Source of the DNA: Eledone cirrhosa
Lineage: Eukaryota
Direction: 5' to 3'
Length of the DNA stretch: 64,000 nt
NCBI GenBank assembly: GCA_964016885.1
Contig: OZ024742.1
Span: 375,844,001-375,908,000, forward strand
Both the position numbers and the translations under genes were made by a program. The notes beneath the pieces are model-generated. The model saw only the letters and a program-made list of their open reading frames with translations, ran no database searches and had not been told where the DNA came from. The number at the start of each line of letters is the position of its first letter. Positions within the stretch are counted from its first letter, which is position 1. Below, one piece after another: positions 27,001-42,000 of the stretch.

Positions 27001-30000
27001 AGGGAGGTATGGATGGTCTCCTGTCTATCTAGACACTCACTAGAGAGCAGGGAGGTATGGAAGGTCTCCTGTCTATCTAGACACTCACTAGAGAGCAGGG
27101 AGGTATGGAAGGTCTCCTGTCTGTCTAGACACTCACTAGAGAGCAGGGAGGTATGGAAGGTCTCCTGTCTATCTAGACACTCACTAGAGAGCAGGGAGGT
27201 ATGGAAGGTCTCCTGTCTATCTAGACACTCAGTAGAGAGCAGGGACGTATGGAAGGTCTCCTGTCTATCTAGACACTCACTAGAGAGTAGGGAGGTATGG
27301 ATGGTCTCCTGTCTATCTAGACACTCACTAGAGAGCAGGGAGGTATGGATGGTCTCCTGTCTATCTAGACACTCACTAGAGAGCAGGGAGGTATGGAAGG
27401 TCTCCTGTCTATCTAGACACTCACTAGAGAGCAGGGAGGTATGGATGGTCTCCTGTCTATCTAGACACTCACTAGAGAGCAGGGAGGTATGTAAGGTCTC
27501 CTGTCTATCTAGACACTCACTAGAGAGCAGGGAGGTATGGAAGGTCTCCTGTCTATCTAGACACTCAGTAGAGAGCAGGGAGGTATGGAAGGTCTCCTGT
27601 CTATCTAGACACTCACTAGAGAGCAGGGAGGTATGGAATGTCTCCTGTCTATCTAGAAACTCACTAGAGTGCAGGGAGGTATGGAAGTTCTCCTGTCTAT
27701 CTAGACACTCAGTAGAGAGCAGGGAGGTATGGAAGGTCTCCTGTCTATCTAGACACTCACTAGAGAGCAGGGTGGTATGGAAGGTCTCCTGTCTATCTAG
27801 ACACTCAGTAGAGAGCAGGGAGGTATGGAAGGTCTCCTGTCTATCTAGAGACTCACTAGAGAGCAGGGAGGTATGGAAGGTCTCCTGTCTATCTAGACAC
27901 TCAGTAGAGAGCAGGAAGTTCTCCTGTCTATCTAGACACTCAGTAGAGAGCAGAGAGGTATGGAAGGTCTCCTGTCTATCAACACACCCAGTAGAGAGGA
28001 GGGAGGTATGTAAGGTCTCCAGTCTATCTAGACACTCAGTAGAGAGTAGGGAGGTCTCTTGTCTATCTAGACACTCACTAGAGAGCAGGGAGGTATGGAA
28101 GGTCTCCTGTCTATCTAGACACTCACTAGAGAGGAGGGAGGTATGGAAGGTCTCCTGTCTATCTAGACACTCACTAGAGAGCAGGGAGGTATGGAATGTC
28201 TCCTGTCTATTTAGACACTCAGTAGAGAGCAGGAAGGTATGGAAGGTCTCCTGTCTATCTAGACACTCACTAGAGAGGAGGGAGGTATGGAAGGTCTCCT
28301 GTCTATTTAGACACTCAGTAGAGAGCAGGGAGGTATGGAAGGTCTCCTGTCTATCTAGACACTCAGTAGAGAGGAGGGAGGTATGGAAGGTCTCCTGTCT
28401 ATCTAGACACTCACTAGAGAGCAGGGAGGTATGGAAAGTCTCCTGTCTATCTAGACACTCAGAAGAGAGCAGGGAAGTATGGAAGGTCTCCTGTCTATCT
28501 AGACACTCAGTAGAGAGCACGGAGGTATGAAAGGTCTCCTGTCTATCTAGACACTCAGTAGAGAGGAGGGAGGTATGGAAGGTCTCCTGTCTATTTAGAC
28601 ACTCAGTAGAGTGCAGGGAGATATGGAAGGTCTGCTGTCTATCTAGACACTCAGGAGAGAGCAGGGAGGTATGGAAGGTCTCCTGTCTATCTAGAAATTC
28701 ACTAGAGAGCAGGGAGGTATGGAAGGTCTCCTGTCTATCTAGACACTCACTAGAGAGTAGGGAGGTATGGATGGTCTCCTGTCTATCTAAACACTCAGTA
28801 GAGAGCAGGGAAGTATGGAAGGTCTCCTGTCTATCTAGACATTCACTAGAGAGCAGGGAGGTATGGAAGGTCTGCTGTCTATCTAGACACTCACTAGAGT
28901 GCAGGGAGGTATGGAAGGTCTCCTGTCTATCTAGACACTCAGTAGAGAGGAGGGAGGTATGGAAGGTCTCCTGTCTATCTAGAAATTCACTAGAGAGCAG
29001 GGAGGTATGGAAGGTCTCCTGTCTATCTAGACACTCACTAGAGAGTAGGGAGGTATGGATGGTCTCCTGTCTATCTAAACACTCACTAGAGAGCAGGGAA
29101 GTATGGAAGGTCTCCTGTCTATCTAGACACTCACTAGACTGCAGGGAGGTATGGAAGGTCTCCTGTCTATCTAGACACTCACTAGAGAGCAGGGAGGTAT
29201 GGAAGGTCTCCTGTCTATCTAGATATTAACAAGAGAGGAGGGAGGGATGGAAGGTCTCCTGTCTGCGTAGACACTCAGTAGAGAGGAGGGAGGTATGGAA
29301 GGTCTCCTGTCTATCTAGAAATTCACTAGAGAGCAGGGAGGTATGGAAGGTCTCCTGTCTATCTAGATATTAACAAGAGAGGAGGGAGGTATGGAAAGTC
29401 TCCTGTCTATCTAGAAATTCACTAGAGAGCAGGGAGGTATGGAAGGTCTCCTGTCTATCTAGATATTAACAAGAGAGGAGGGAGGTATGGAAGGTCTCCT
29501 GTCTATCTAGACATTCAGTAGAGAGGAGGGAGGTATGGAAGGTCTCCTGTCTATCTAGAAATTCACTAGAGAGCAGGGAGGTATGGAAGGTCTCCTCTCT
29601 ATCTAGACACTCAGTAGAGAGCAGGGAGGTATGGAAGGTCTCCTGTCTATCTAGACACTCAGTAGAGAGCAGGGAGGTATGGAAGGTCTCCTGTCTATCT
29701 AGACACTCACTAGAGAGCAGGGAGGTATGGAAGGTCTCCTGTCTATCTAGATATTAACAAGAGAGGAGGGAGGTATGGAAGGTCTCCTGTCTGCCTAGAC
29801 ACTCACTAGAGTGCAGGGAGGTATGGAAGTTCTCCTGTCTATCTAGACACTCAGTAGAGAGCAGGGTGGTATGGAAGGTCTCCTGTCTATCTAGACACTC
29901 AGTAGAGAGCAGGGAGGTATGGAAGGTCTCCTGTCTATCTAGACACTCACTAGAGTGCAGGGAGGTATGGAAGTTCTCCTGTCTATCTAGACACTCACTA

Positions 30001-33000
30001 GAGAGCAGGGAGGTATGGAAGGTCTCCTGTCTATCTAGAAACACACTAGAGTGCAGGGAGGTATGGAAGTTCTCCTGTCTATCTAGACACTCAGTAGAGA
30101 GCAGGGTGGTATGGAAGGTCTCCTGTCTATCTAGACACTCAGTAGAGAGCAGGGAGGTATGGAAGGTCACCTGTCTATCTAGACACTCACTAGAGTGCAG
30201 GGAGGTATGGAAGTTCTCCTGTCTATCTAGACACTCAGTAGAGAGCAGGGTGGTATGGAAGGTCTCCTGTCTATCTAGACACTCACTAGAGAGCAGGGAG
30301 GTATGGAAGTTCTCCTGTCTATCTAGACACTCAGTAGAGAGCAGGGTGGTATGGAAGGTCTCCTGTCTATCTAGACACTCAGTAGAGAGCAGGGAGGTAT
30401 GGAAGGTTTCCTGTTTATCTAGAGACTCAGTAGAGAGCAGAAAGTTCTCCTGTCTATCTAGACACTCATTAGAGAGCAGAGAGGTATGGAAGGTCTCCTG
30501 CCTATCTACACACCCAGTAGAGAGGAGGGAGGTATGTAAGGTCTCCTGTCTATCTAGACACTCAGTAGAGAGTAGGGAGGTCTCCTGTCTATCAAGACAC
30601 TCACTAGAGAGCAGGGAGGTATGGAAGGTCTCCTGTCTATCTAGACACTCACTAGAGAGCAGGGACGTATGGAAGGTCTCCTGTCTATTTAGACACTCAC
30701 TAGAGAGCAGGGAGGTATGGAAGGTCTCCTGTCTATCTAGACACTCACTAGAGAGCAGGGAGGTATGGAAGGTCTCCTGTCTATCTAGACACTCAGTAGA
30801 GAGCACGGAGGTATGAAAGGTCTCCTGTCTATCTAGACACTCAGTAGAGAGGAGGGAGGTATGGAAGGTCTCCTGTCTATTTAGACACTCAGTAGAGTGC
30901 AGGGAGGTATGTAAGGTCTCCTGTCTATCTAGACACTCAGTAGAGAGGAGGGAGGTATGGAAGGTCTCCTGTCTATCTAGACACTCACTAGAGAGCAGGG
31001 AGATATGGAAGGTCTGCTGTCTATCTAGACACTCAGGAGAGAGCAGGGAGGTATGGAAGGTCTCCTGTCTATTTAGACACTCAGTAGAGAGGAGGGAGGT
31101 ATGGAAGATCTCCTGTCTATCTAGAAATTCACTAGAGAGTAGGGAGGTATGGATGGTCTCCTGTCTATCTAAACACTCACTAGAGAGCAGGGAAGTATGG
31201 AAGGTCTCCTGTCTATCTAGACATTCACTAGAGAGCAGGGAGGTATGGAAGGTCTGCTGTCTATCTAGACACTCACTAGAGTGCAGGGAGGTATGGAAGG
31301 TCTCCTGTCTATCTAGAAATTCACTAGAGAGCAGGGAGGTATGGAATGTCTCCTGTCTATCTAGATATTAACAAGAGAGGAGGGAGGTATGGAAGGTCTC
31401 CTGTCTATTTAGAAATTCACTAAAGAGCAGGGAGGTATGGAAGGTCTCCTGTCTATCTAGACATTCAGTAGAGAGGAGGGAGGTATGGAAGGTCTCCTGT
31501 CTATCTAGAAATTCACTAGAGAGCAGGGAGGTATGGAAGGTCTCCTGTCTATCTAGACACTCAGTAGAGAGCAGGGAGGTATGGAAGGTCTCCTGTCTAT
31601 CTAGACACTCACTAGAGAGCAGGGAGGTATGGAAGGTCTCCTGTCTATCTAGATATTAACAAGAGAGGAGGGAGGTATGGAAGGTCTCCTGTCTGCCTAG
31701 ACACTCACTAGAGTGCAGGGAGGTATGGAAGTTCTCCTGTCTATCTAGACACTCAGTAGAGAGCAGGGTGGTATGGAAGGTCTCCTGTCTATCTAGACAC
31801 TCAGTAGAGAGCAGGGAGGTATGGAAGGTCTCCTGTCTATCTAGACACTCACTAGAGTGCAGGGAGGTATGGAAGTTCTCCTGTCTATCTAGACACTCAC
31901 TAGAGAGCAGGGAGGTATGGAAGGTCTCCTGTCTATCTAGAAACTCACTAGAGTGCAGGGAGGTATGGAAGTTCTCCTGTCTATCTAGACACTCAGTAGA
32001 GAGCAGGGTGGTATGGAAGCTCTCCTGTCTATCTAGACACTCAGTAGAGAGCAGGGAGGTATGGAAGGTCTCCTGTCTATCTAGACACTCACTAGAGTGC
32101 AGGGAGGTATGGAAGTTCTCCTGATTATCTAGACACTCAGTAGAGAGCAGGGTGGTATGGAAGGTCTCCTGTCTATCTAGACACTCACTAGAGAGCAGGG
32201 AGGTATGGAAGTTCTCCTGTCTATCTAGACACTCAGTAGAGAGCAGGGTAGTATGGAAGGTCTCCTGTCTATCTAGACACTCAGTAGAGAGCAGGGAGGT
32301 ATGGAAGGTCTCCTGTCTATCTAGAGACTCAGTAGAGAGCAGAAAGTTCTCCTGTCTATCTAGACACTCAGTAGAGAGCAGAGAGGTATGGAAGGTCTCC
32401 TGTCTATCTAGACACTCAGTAGAGAGGAGGGAGGTATGGAAGGTCTCCTGTCTATTTAGACACTCAGTAGAGTGCAGGGAGGTATGTAAGGTCTCCTGTC
32501 TATCTAGACACTCAGTAGAGAGGAGGGAGGTATGGAAGGTCTCCTGTCTATCTAGACACTCACTAGAGAGCAGGGAGATATGGAAGGTCTGCTGTCTATC
32601 TAGACACTCAGGAGAGAGCAGGGAGGTATGGAAGGTCTCCTGTCTATTTAGACACTCAGTAGAGAGGAGGGAGGTATGGAAGGTCTCCTGTCTATCTAGA
32701 AATTCACTAGAGAGCAGGGAGGTATGGAAGGTCTCCTGTCTATCTAGACACTCACTAGAGAGTAGGGAGGTATGGATGGTCTCCTGTCTATCTAAACACT
32801 CACTAGAGAGCAGGGAAGTATGGAAGGTCTCCTGTCTATCTAGACATTCACTAGAGAGCAGGGAGGTATGGAAGGTCTGCTGACTATCTAGACACTCACT
32901 AGAGTGCAGGGAGGTATGGAAGGTCTCCTGACTATCTAGACACTCAGTAGAGAGGAGGGAGGTATGGAAGGTCTCCTGTCTATCTAGACACTCACTAGAG

Positions 33001-36000
33001 AGTAGGGAGGTATGGATGGTCCCCTGTCTATCTAAACACTCACTAGAGAGCAGGGAAGTATGGAAGGTCTCCTGTCTATCTAGACACTCACTAGAGTGCA
33101 GGGAGGTATGGAAGGTCTCCTGTCTATCTAGACACTCAGTAGAGAGGAGGGAGGTATGGAAGGTCTCCTGTCTATCTAGAAATTCATTAGAGAGCAGGGA
33201 GGTATGGAAGGTCTCCTGTCTATCTAGATATTAACAAGAGAGCAGGGAGGTATGGAAGGTCTCCTGTCTGCCTAGACACTCAGTAGAGAGGAGGGAGGTA
33301 TGGAAGGTCTCCTGTCTATCTAGATATTAACAAGAGAGGAGGGAGGTATGGAAGGTCTCCTGTCTATCTAGAAATTCACTAGAGAGCAGGGAGGTATGGA
33401 AGGTCTCCTGTCTATCTAGATATTAACAAGAGAGGAGGGAGGTATGGAAGGTCTCCTGTCTATCTAGACATTCAGTAGAGAGGAGGGAGGTATGGAAGGT
33501 CTCCTGTCTATCTAGAAATTCACTAGAGAGCAGGGAGGTATGGAAGGTCTCCTGTCTATCTAGACACTCAGTAGAGAGCAGGGAGGTATGGAAGGTCTCC
33601 TGTCTATCTAGACACTCAGTAGAGAGCAGGGAGGTATGGAAGGTCTCCTGTCTATCTAGACACTCACTAGAGAGCAGGGAGGTATGGAAGGTCTCCTGTC
33701 TATCTAGATATTAACAAGAGAGGAGGGAGGTATGGAAGGTCTCCTGTCTATCTAGAGACTCACTAGAGTGCAGGGAGGTATGGAAGTTCTCCTGTCTATC
33801 TAGACACTCAGTAGAGAGCAGGGTGGTATGGAAGGTCTCCTGTCTATCTAGACACTCAGTAGAGAGCAGGGAGGTATGGAAGGTCACCTGTCTATCTAGA
33901 CACTCACTAGAGTGCAGGGAGGTATGGAAGTTCTCCTGTCTATCTAGACACTCAGTAGAGAGCAGGGTGGTATGGAAGGTCTCCTGTCTATCTAGACACT
34001 CACTAGAGAGCAGGGAGGTATGGAAGTTCTCCTGTCTATCTAGACACTCAGTAGAGAGCAGGGTGGTATGGAAGGTCTCCTGTCTATCTAGACACTCAGT
34101 AGAGAGCAGGGAGGTATGGAAGGTCTCCTGTTTATCTAGAGACTCAGTAGAGAGCAGAAAGTTCTCCTGTCTATCTAGACACTCAGTAGAGAGCAGAGAG
34201 GTATGGAAGGTCTCCTGTCTATCTACACACCCAGTAGAGAGGAGGGAGGTATGTAAGGTCTCCTGTCTATCTAGACACTCAGTAGAGAGTAGGGAGGTCT
34301 CCTGTCTATCAAGACACTCACTAGAGAGCAGGGAGGTATGGAAGGTCTCCTGTCTATCTAGACACTCACTAGAGAGCAGGGACGTATGGAAGGTCTCCTG
34401 TCTATTTAGACACTCAGTAGAGAGCAGGGAGGTATGAAAGGTCTCCTGTCTATCTAGACATTCACTAGAGAGCAGGGAGGTATGGAAGGTCTCCTGTCTA
34501 TTTAGACAGTCAGTAGAGTGCAGGGAGGTATGTAAGGTCTCCTGTCTATCTAGACACTCACTAGAGAGCAGGGAGTTATGGAAGGTCTCCTGTCTATTTA
34601 GACACTCAGTAGAGAGCAGGGAGGTATGGAAGGTCTCCTGTCTATCTAGACACTCACTAGAGAGGAGGGAGGTATGGAAGGTCTCCTGTCTATTTAGACA
34701 CTCAGTAGAGAGCAGGGAGGTATGGAAGGTCTCCTGTCTATCTAGACACTCACTAGAGTGCAGGGAGGTATGGAAGTTCTCCTGTCTATCTAGACACTCA
34801 CTAGAGAGCAGGGAGGTATGGAAGGTCTCCTGTCTATCTAGAAACTCACTAGAGTGCAGGGAGGTATGGCAGTTCTCCTGTCTATCTAGACACTCAGTAG
34901 AGAGCAGGGTGGTATGGAAGGTCTCCTGTCTATCTAGACACTCAGTAGAGAGCAGGGAGGTATGGAAGGTCTCCTGTCTATCTAGACACTCACTAGAGTG
35001 CAGGGAGGTATGGAAGTTCTCCTGATTATCTAGACACTCAGTAGAGAGCAGGGTGGTATGGAAGGTCTCCTGTCTATCTAGACACTCAGTAGAGAGCAGG
35101 GTGGTATGGAAGGTCTCCTGTCTATCTAGACACTCAGTAGAGAGCAGGGAGGTATGGAAGGTCTCCTGTCTATCTAGAGACTCAGTAGAGAGCAGAAAGT
35201 TCTCCTGTCTATCTAGACAGTCAGTAGAGAGCAGAGAGGTATGGAAGGTCTCCTGTCTATCTAGACACTCAGTAGAGAGCAGGGAGGTATGGAAGGTCTC
35301 CTGTCTATCTAGAGACTCAGTAGAGAGCAGAAAGTTCTCCTGTCTATCTAGACAGTCAGTAGAGAGCAGAGAGGTATGGAAGGTCTCCTGTCTATCTAGA
35401 CACTCAGTAGAGAGGAGGGAGGTATGGAAGGTCTCCTGCCTATTTAGACACTCAGTAGAGTGCAGGGAGGTATGTAAGGTCTCCTGTCTATCTAGACACT
35501 CAGTAGAGAGGAGGGAGGTATGGAAGGTCTCCTGTCTATCTAGACACTCACTAGAGAGCAGGGAGATATGGAAGGTCTGCTGTCTATCTAGACACTCAGG
35601 AGAGAGCAGGGAGGTATGGAAGGTCTCCTGTCTATCTAGACACTCACTAGAGAGTAGGGAGGTATGGATGGTCTCCTGTCTATCTAAACACTCACTAGAG
35701 AGCAGGGAAGTATGGAAGGTCTCCTGTCTATCTAGACATTCACTAGAGAGCAGGGAGGTATGGAAGGTCTGCTGACTATCTAGACACTCACTAGAGTGCA
35801 GGGAGGTATGGAAGGTCTCCTGTCTATCTAGACACTCAGTAGAGAGGAGGGAGGTATGGAAGGTCTCCTGTCTATCTAGAAATTCATTAGAGAGCAGGGA
35901 GGTATGGAAGGTCTCCTGTCTATCTAGACACTCACTAGAGAGTAGGGAGGTATGGATGGTCTCCTGTCTATCTAAACACTCACTAGAGAGCAGGGAAGTA

Positions 36001-39000
36001 TGGAAGGTCTCCTGTCTATCTAGACACTCACTAGAGTGCAGGGAGGTATGGAAGGTCTCCTGTCTATCTAGACACTCAGTAGAGAGGAGGGAGGTATGGA
36101 AGGTCTCCTGTCTATCTAGAAATTCATTAGAGAGCAGGGAGGTATGGAAGGTCTCCTGTCTATCTAGACATTTACTAGAGAGTAGGGAGGTATGGATGGT
36201 CTCCTGTCTATCTAAACACTCACTAGAGAGCAGGGAAGTATGGAAGGTCTCCTGTCTATCTAGACACTCACTAGAGTGCAGGGAGGTATGGAAGGTCTCC
36301 TGTCTATCTAGACACTCAGTAGAGAGGAGGGAGGTATGGAAGGTCTCCTGTCTATCTAGAAATTCATTAGAGAGCAGGGAGGTATGGAAGGTCTCCTGTC
36401 TATCTAGACACTCACTAGAGAGTAGGGAGGTATGGATGGTCTCCTGTCTATCTAAACACTCACTAGAGAGCAGGGAAGTATGGAAGGTCTCCTGTCTATC
36501 TAGACACTCACTAGAGTGCAGGGAGGTATGGAAGGTCTCCTGTCTATCTAGACACTCAGTAGAGAGGAGGGAGGTATGGAAGGTCTCCTGTCTATCTAGA
36601 AATTCATTAGAGAGCAGGGAGGTATGGAAGGTCTCCTGTCTATCTAGACACTCACTAGAGAGTAGGGAGGTATGGATGGTCTCCTGTCTATCTAAACACT
36701 CACTAGAGAGCAGGGAGGTATGGAAGGTCTCCTGTCTATCTAGATATTAACAAGAGAGGAGGGAGGTATGGAAGGTCTCCTGTCTGCCTAGACACTCAGT
36801 AGAGAGGAGGGAGGTATGGAAGGTCTCCTGTCTATCTAGAAATTCACTAGAGAGCAGGGAGGTATGGAAGGTCTCCTGTCTATCTAGATATTAACAAGAG
36901 AGGAGGGAGGTATGGAAGGTCTCCTGTCTATCTAGAAATTCACTAGAGAGCAGGGAGGTATGGAAGGTCTCCTGTCTATCTAGATATTAACAAGAGAGGA
37001 GGGAGGTATGGAAGGTCTCCTGTCTATCTAGATATTAACAAGAGAGGAGGGAGGTATGGAAGGTCTCCTGTCTATCTAGAAATTCACTAGAGAGCAGGGA
37101 GGTATGGAAGGTCTCCTGTCTATCTAGACACTCAGTAGAGAGCAGGGAGGTATGGAAGGTCTCCTGTCTATCTAGACACTCAGTAGAGAGCAGGGAGGTA
37201 TGGAAGGTCTCCTGTCTATCTAGACACTCACTAGAGAGCAGGGAGGTATGGAAGGTCTCCTGTCTATCTAGATATTAACAAGAGAGGTGGGAGGTATGGA
37301 AGGTCTCCTGTCTGCCTAGACACTCACTAGAGTGCAGGGAGGTATGGAAGTTCTCCTGTCTATCTAGACACTCAGTAGAGAGCAGGGTGGTATGGAAGGT
37401 CTCCTGTCTATCTAGACACTCAGTAGAGAGCAGGGAGGTATGGAAGGTCTCCTGTCTATCTAGACACTCACTAGAGTGCAGGGAGGTATGGAAGTTCTCC
37501 TGTCTATCTAGACACTCACTAGAGAGCAGGGAGGTATGGAAGGTCTCCTGTCTATCTAGAAACTCACTAGAGTGCAGGGAGGTATGGAAGTTCTCCTGTC
37601 TATCTAGACTCAGTAGAGAGCAGGGTGGTATGGAAGGTCTCCTGTCTATCTAGACACTCAGTAGAGAGCAGGGAGGTATGGAAGGTCACCTGTCTATCTA
37701 GACACTCACTAGAGTGCAGGGAGGTATGGAAGTTCTCCTGTCTATCTAGACACTCAGTAGAGAGCAGGGTGGTATGGAAGGTCTCCTGTCTATCTAGACA
37801 CTCACTAGAGAGCAGGGAGGTATGGAAGTTCTCCTGTCTATCTAGACACTCAGTAGAGAGCAGGGTGGTATGGAAGGTCTCCTGTCTATCTAGACACTCA
37901 GTAGAGAGCAGGGAGGTATGGAAGGTCTCCTGTTTATCTAGAGACTCAGTAGAGAGCAGAAAGTTCTCCTGTCTATCTAGACACTCAGTAGAGAGCAGAG
38001 AGGTATGGAAGGTCTCCTGTCTATCTACACACCCAGTAGAGAGGAGGGAGGTATGTAAGGTCTCCTGTCTATCTAGACACTCAGTAGAGAGTAGGGAGGT
38101 CTCCTGTCTATCAAGACACTCACTAGAGAGCAGGGAGGTATGGAAGGTCTCCTGTCTATCTAGACACTCACTAGAGAGCAGGGACGTATGGAAGGTCTCC
38201 TGTCTATTTAGACACTCAGTAGAGAGCAGGGAGGTATGAAAGGTCTCCTGTCTATCTAGACATTCACTAGAGAGCAGGGAGGTATGGAAGGTCTCCTGTC
38301 TATTTAGACAGTCAGTAGAGTGCAGGGAGGTATGTAAGGTCTCCTGTCTATCTAGACACTCACTAGAGAGCAGGGAGTTATGGAAGGTCTCCTGTCTATT
38401 TAGACACTCAGTAGAGAGCAGGAAGGTATGGAAGGTCTCCTGTCTATCTAGACACTCACTAGAGAGGAGGGAGGTATGGAAGGTCTCCTGTCTATTTAGA
38501 CACTCAGTAGAGAGCAGGGAGGTATGGAAGGTCTCCTGTCTATCTAGACACTCACTAGAGTGCAGGGAGGTATGGAAGTTCTCCTGTCTATCTAGAAACT
38601 CACTAGAGTGCAGGGAGGTATGGCAGTTCTCCTGTCTATCTAGACACTCAGTAGAGAGCAGGGTGGTATGGAAGGTCTCCTGTCTATCTAGACACTCAGT
38701 AGAGAGCAGGGAGGTATGGAAGGTCTCCTGTCTATCTAGACACTCACTAGAGTGCAGGGAGGTATGGAAGTTCTCCTGATTATCTAGACACTCAGTAGAG
38801 AGCAGGGTGGTATGGAAGGTCTCCTGTCTATCTAGACACTCAGTAGAGAGCAGGGTGGTATGGAAGGTCTCCTGTCTATCTAGACACTCAGTAGAGAGCA
38901 GGGAGGTATGGAAGGTCTCCTGTCTATCTAGAGACTCAGTAGAGAGCAGAAAGTTCTCCTGTCTATCTAGACAGTCAGTAGAGAGCAGAGAGGTATGGAA

Positions 39001-42000
39001 GGTCTCCTGTCTATCTAGACACTCAGTAGAGAGGAGGGAGGTATGGAAGGTCTCCTGTCTATTTAGACACTCAGTAGAGTGCAGGGAGGTATGTAAGGTC
39101 TCCTGTCTATCTAGACACTCAGTAGAGAGGAGGGAGGTATGGAAGGTCTCCTGTCTATCTAGACACTCACTAGAGAGCAGGGAGATATGGAAGGTCTGCT
39201 GTCTATCTAGACACTCAGGAGAGAGCAGGGAGGTATGGAAGGTCTCCTGTCTATTTAGACACTCAGTAGAGAGCAGGGAGGTATGGAAGGTCTCCTGTCT
39301 ATCTAGACACTCACTAGAGAGTAGGGAGGTATGGATGGTCTCCTGTCTATCTAAACACTCACTAGAGAGCAGGGAAGTATGGAAGGTCTCCTGTCTATCT
39401 AGACATTCACTAGAGAGCAGGGAGGTATGGAAGGTCTGCTGACTATCTAGACACTCACTAGAGTGCAGGGAGGTATGGAAGGTCTCCTGTCTATCTAGAC
39501 ACTCAGTAGAGAGGAGGGAGGTATGGAAGGTCTCCTGTCTATCTAGAAATTCATTAGAGAGCAGGGAGGTATGGAAGGTCTCCTGTCTATCTAGACACTC
39601 ACTAGAGAGTAGGGAGGTATGGATGGTCTCCTGTCTATCTAAACACTCACTAGAGAGCAGGGAAGTATGGAAGGTCTCCTGTCTATCTAGACACTCACTA
39701 GAGTGCAGGGAGGTATGGAAGGTCTCCTGTCTATCTAGACACTCAGTAGAGAGGAGGGAGGTATGGAAGGTCTCCTGTCTATCTAGAAATTCATTAGAGA
39801 GCAGGGAGGTATGGAAGGTCTCCTGTCTATCTAGACACTCACTAGAGAGTAGGGAGGTATGGATGGTCTCCTGTCTATCTAAACACTCACTAGAGAGCAG
39901 GGAGGTATGGAAGGTCTCCTGTCTATCTAGATATTAACAAGAGAGGAGGGAGGTATGGAAGGTCTCCTGTCTGCCTAGACACTCAGTAGAGAGGAGGGAG
40001 GTATGGAAGGTCTCCTGTCTATCTAGAAATTCACTAGAGAGCAGGGAGGTATGGAAGGTCTCCTGTCTATCTAGATATTAACAAGAGAGGAGGGAGGTAT
40101 GGAAGGTCTCCTGTCTATCTAGAAATTCACTAGAGAGCAGGGAGGTATGGAAGGTCTCCTGTCTATCTAGATATTAACAAGAGAGGAGGGAGGTATGGAA
40201 GGTCTCCTGTCTATCTAGATATTAACAAGAGAGGAGGGAGGTATGGAAGGTCTCCTGTCTATCTAGAAATTCACTAGAGAGCAGGTAGGTATGGAAGGTC
40301 TCCTGTCTATCTAGACACTCAGTAGAGAGCAGGGAGGTATGGAAGGTCTCCTGTCTATCTAGACACTCAGTAGAGAGCAGGGAGGTATGGAAGGTCTCCT
40401 GTCTATCTAGACACTCACTAGAGAGCAGGGAGGTATGGAAGGTCTCCTGTCTATCTAGATATTAACAAGAGAGGTGGGAGGTATGGAAGGTCTCCTGTCT
40501 GCCTAGACACTCACTAGAGTGCAGGGAGGTATGGAAGTTCTCCTGTCTATCTAGACACTCAGTAGAGAGCAGGGTGGTATGGAAGGTCTCCTGTCTATCT
40601 AGACACTCAGTAGAGAGCAGGGAGGTATGGAAGGTCTCCTGTCTATCTAGACACTCACTAGAGTGCAGGGAGGTATGGAAGTTCTCCTGTCTATCTAGAC
40701 ACTCACTAGAGAGCAGGGAGGTATGGAAGGTCTCCTGTCTATCTAGAAACTCACTAGAGTGCAGGGAGGTATGGAAGTTCTCCTGTCTATCTAGACACTC
40801 ACTAGAGAGCAGGGACGTATGGAAGGTCTCCTGTCTATTTAGACACTCAGTAGAGAGCAGGGAGGTATGAAAGGTCTCCTGTCTATCTAGACATTCACTA
40901 GAGAGCAGGGAGGTATGGAAGGTCTCCTGTCTATTTAGACAGTCAGTAGAGTGCAGGGAGGTATGTAAGGTCTCCTGTCTATCTAGACACTCAGTAGAGA
41001 GGAGGGAGGTATGGAAGGTCTCCTGTCTATCTAGACACTCACTAGAGAGCAGGGAGATATGGAAGGTCTGCTGTCTATCTAGACACTCAGGAGAGAGCAG
41101 GGAGGTATGGAAGGTCTCCTGCCTATTTAGACACTCAGTAGAGAGGAGGGAGGTATGGAAGGTCTCCTGTCTATCTAGAAATTCACTAGAGAGCAGGGAG
41201 GTATGGAAGGTCTCCTGTCCATCTAGACACTCACTAGAGAGTAGGGAGGTATGGATGGTCTCCCGTCTATCTAAACACTTACTAGAGAGCAGGGAAGTAT
41301 GGAAGGTCTCCTGTCTATCTAGACATTCACTAGAGAGCAGGGAGGTATGGAAGGTCTGCTGTCTATCTAGACACTCACTAGAGTGCAGGGAGGTATGGAA
41401 GGTCTCCTGTCTATCTAGACACTCAGTAGAGAGGAGGGAGGTATGGAAGGTCTCCTGTCTATCTAGAAATTCACTAGAGAGCAGGGAGGTATGGAAGGTC
41501 TCCTGTCTATCTAGACACTCACTAGAGAGTAGGGAGGTATGGATGGTCTCCTGTCTATCTAAACACTCACTAGAGAGCAGGGAAGTATGGAAGGTCTCCT
41601 GTCTATCTAGACACTCACTAGAGTGCAGGGAGGTATGGAAGGTCTCCTGTCTATCTAGACACTCACTAGAGAGCAGGGAGGTATGGAAGGTCTCCTGTCT
41701 ATCTAGATATTAACAAGAGAGGAGGGAGGTATGGAAGGTCTCCTGTCTATCTAGAAATTCACTAGAGAGCAGGGAGGTATGGAAGGTCTCCTGTCTATCT
41801 AGATATTAACAAGAGAGGAGGGAGGTATGGAAGGTCTCCTGTCTATCTAGACATTCAGTAGAGAGGAGGGAGGTATGGAAGGTCTCCTGTCTATCTAGAA
41901 ATTCACTAGAGAGCAGGGAGGTATGGAAGGTCTCCTGTCTATCTAGACACTCAGTAGAGAGCAGGGAGGTATGGAAGGTCTCCTGTCTATCTAGACACGC

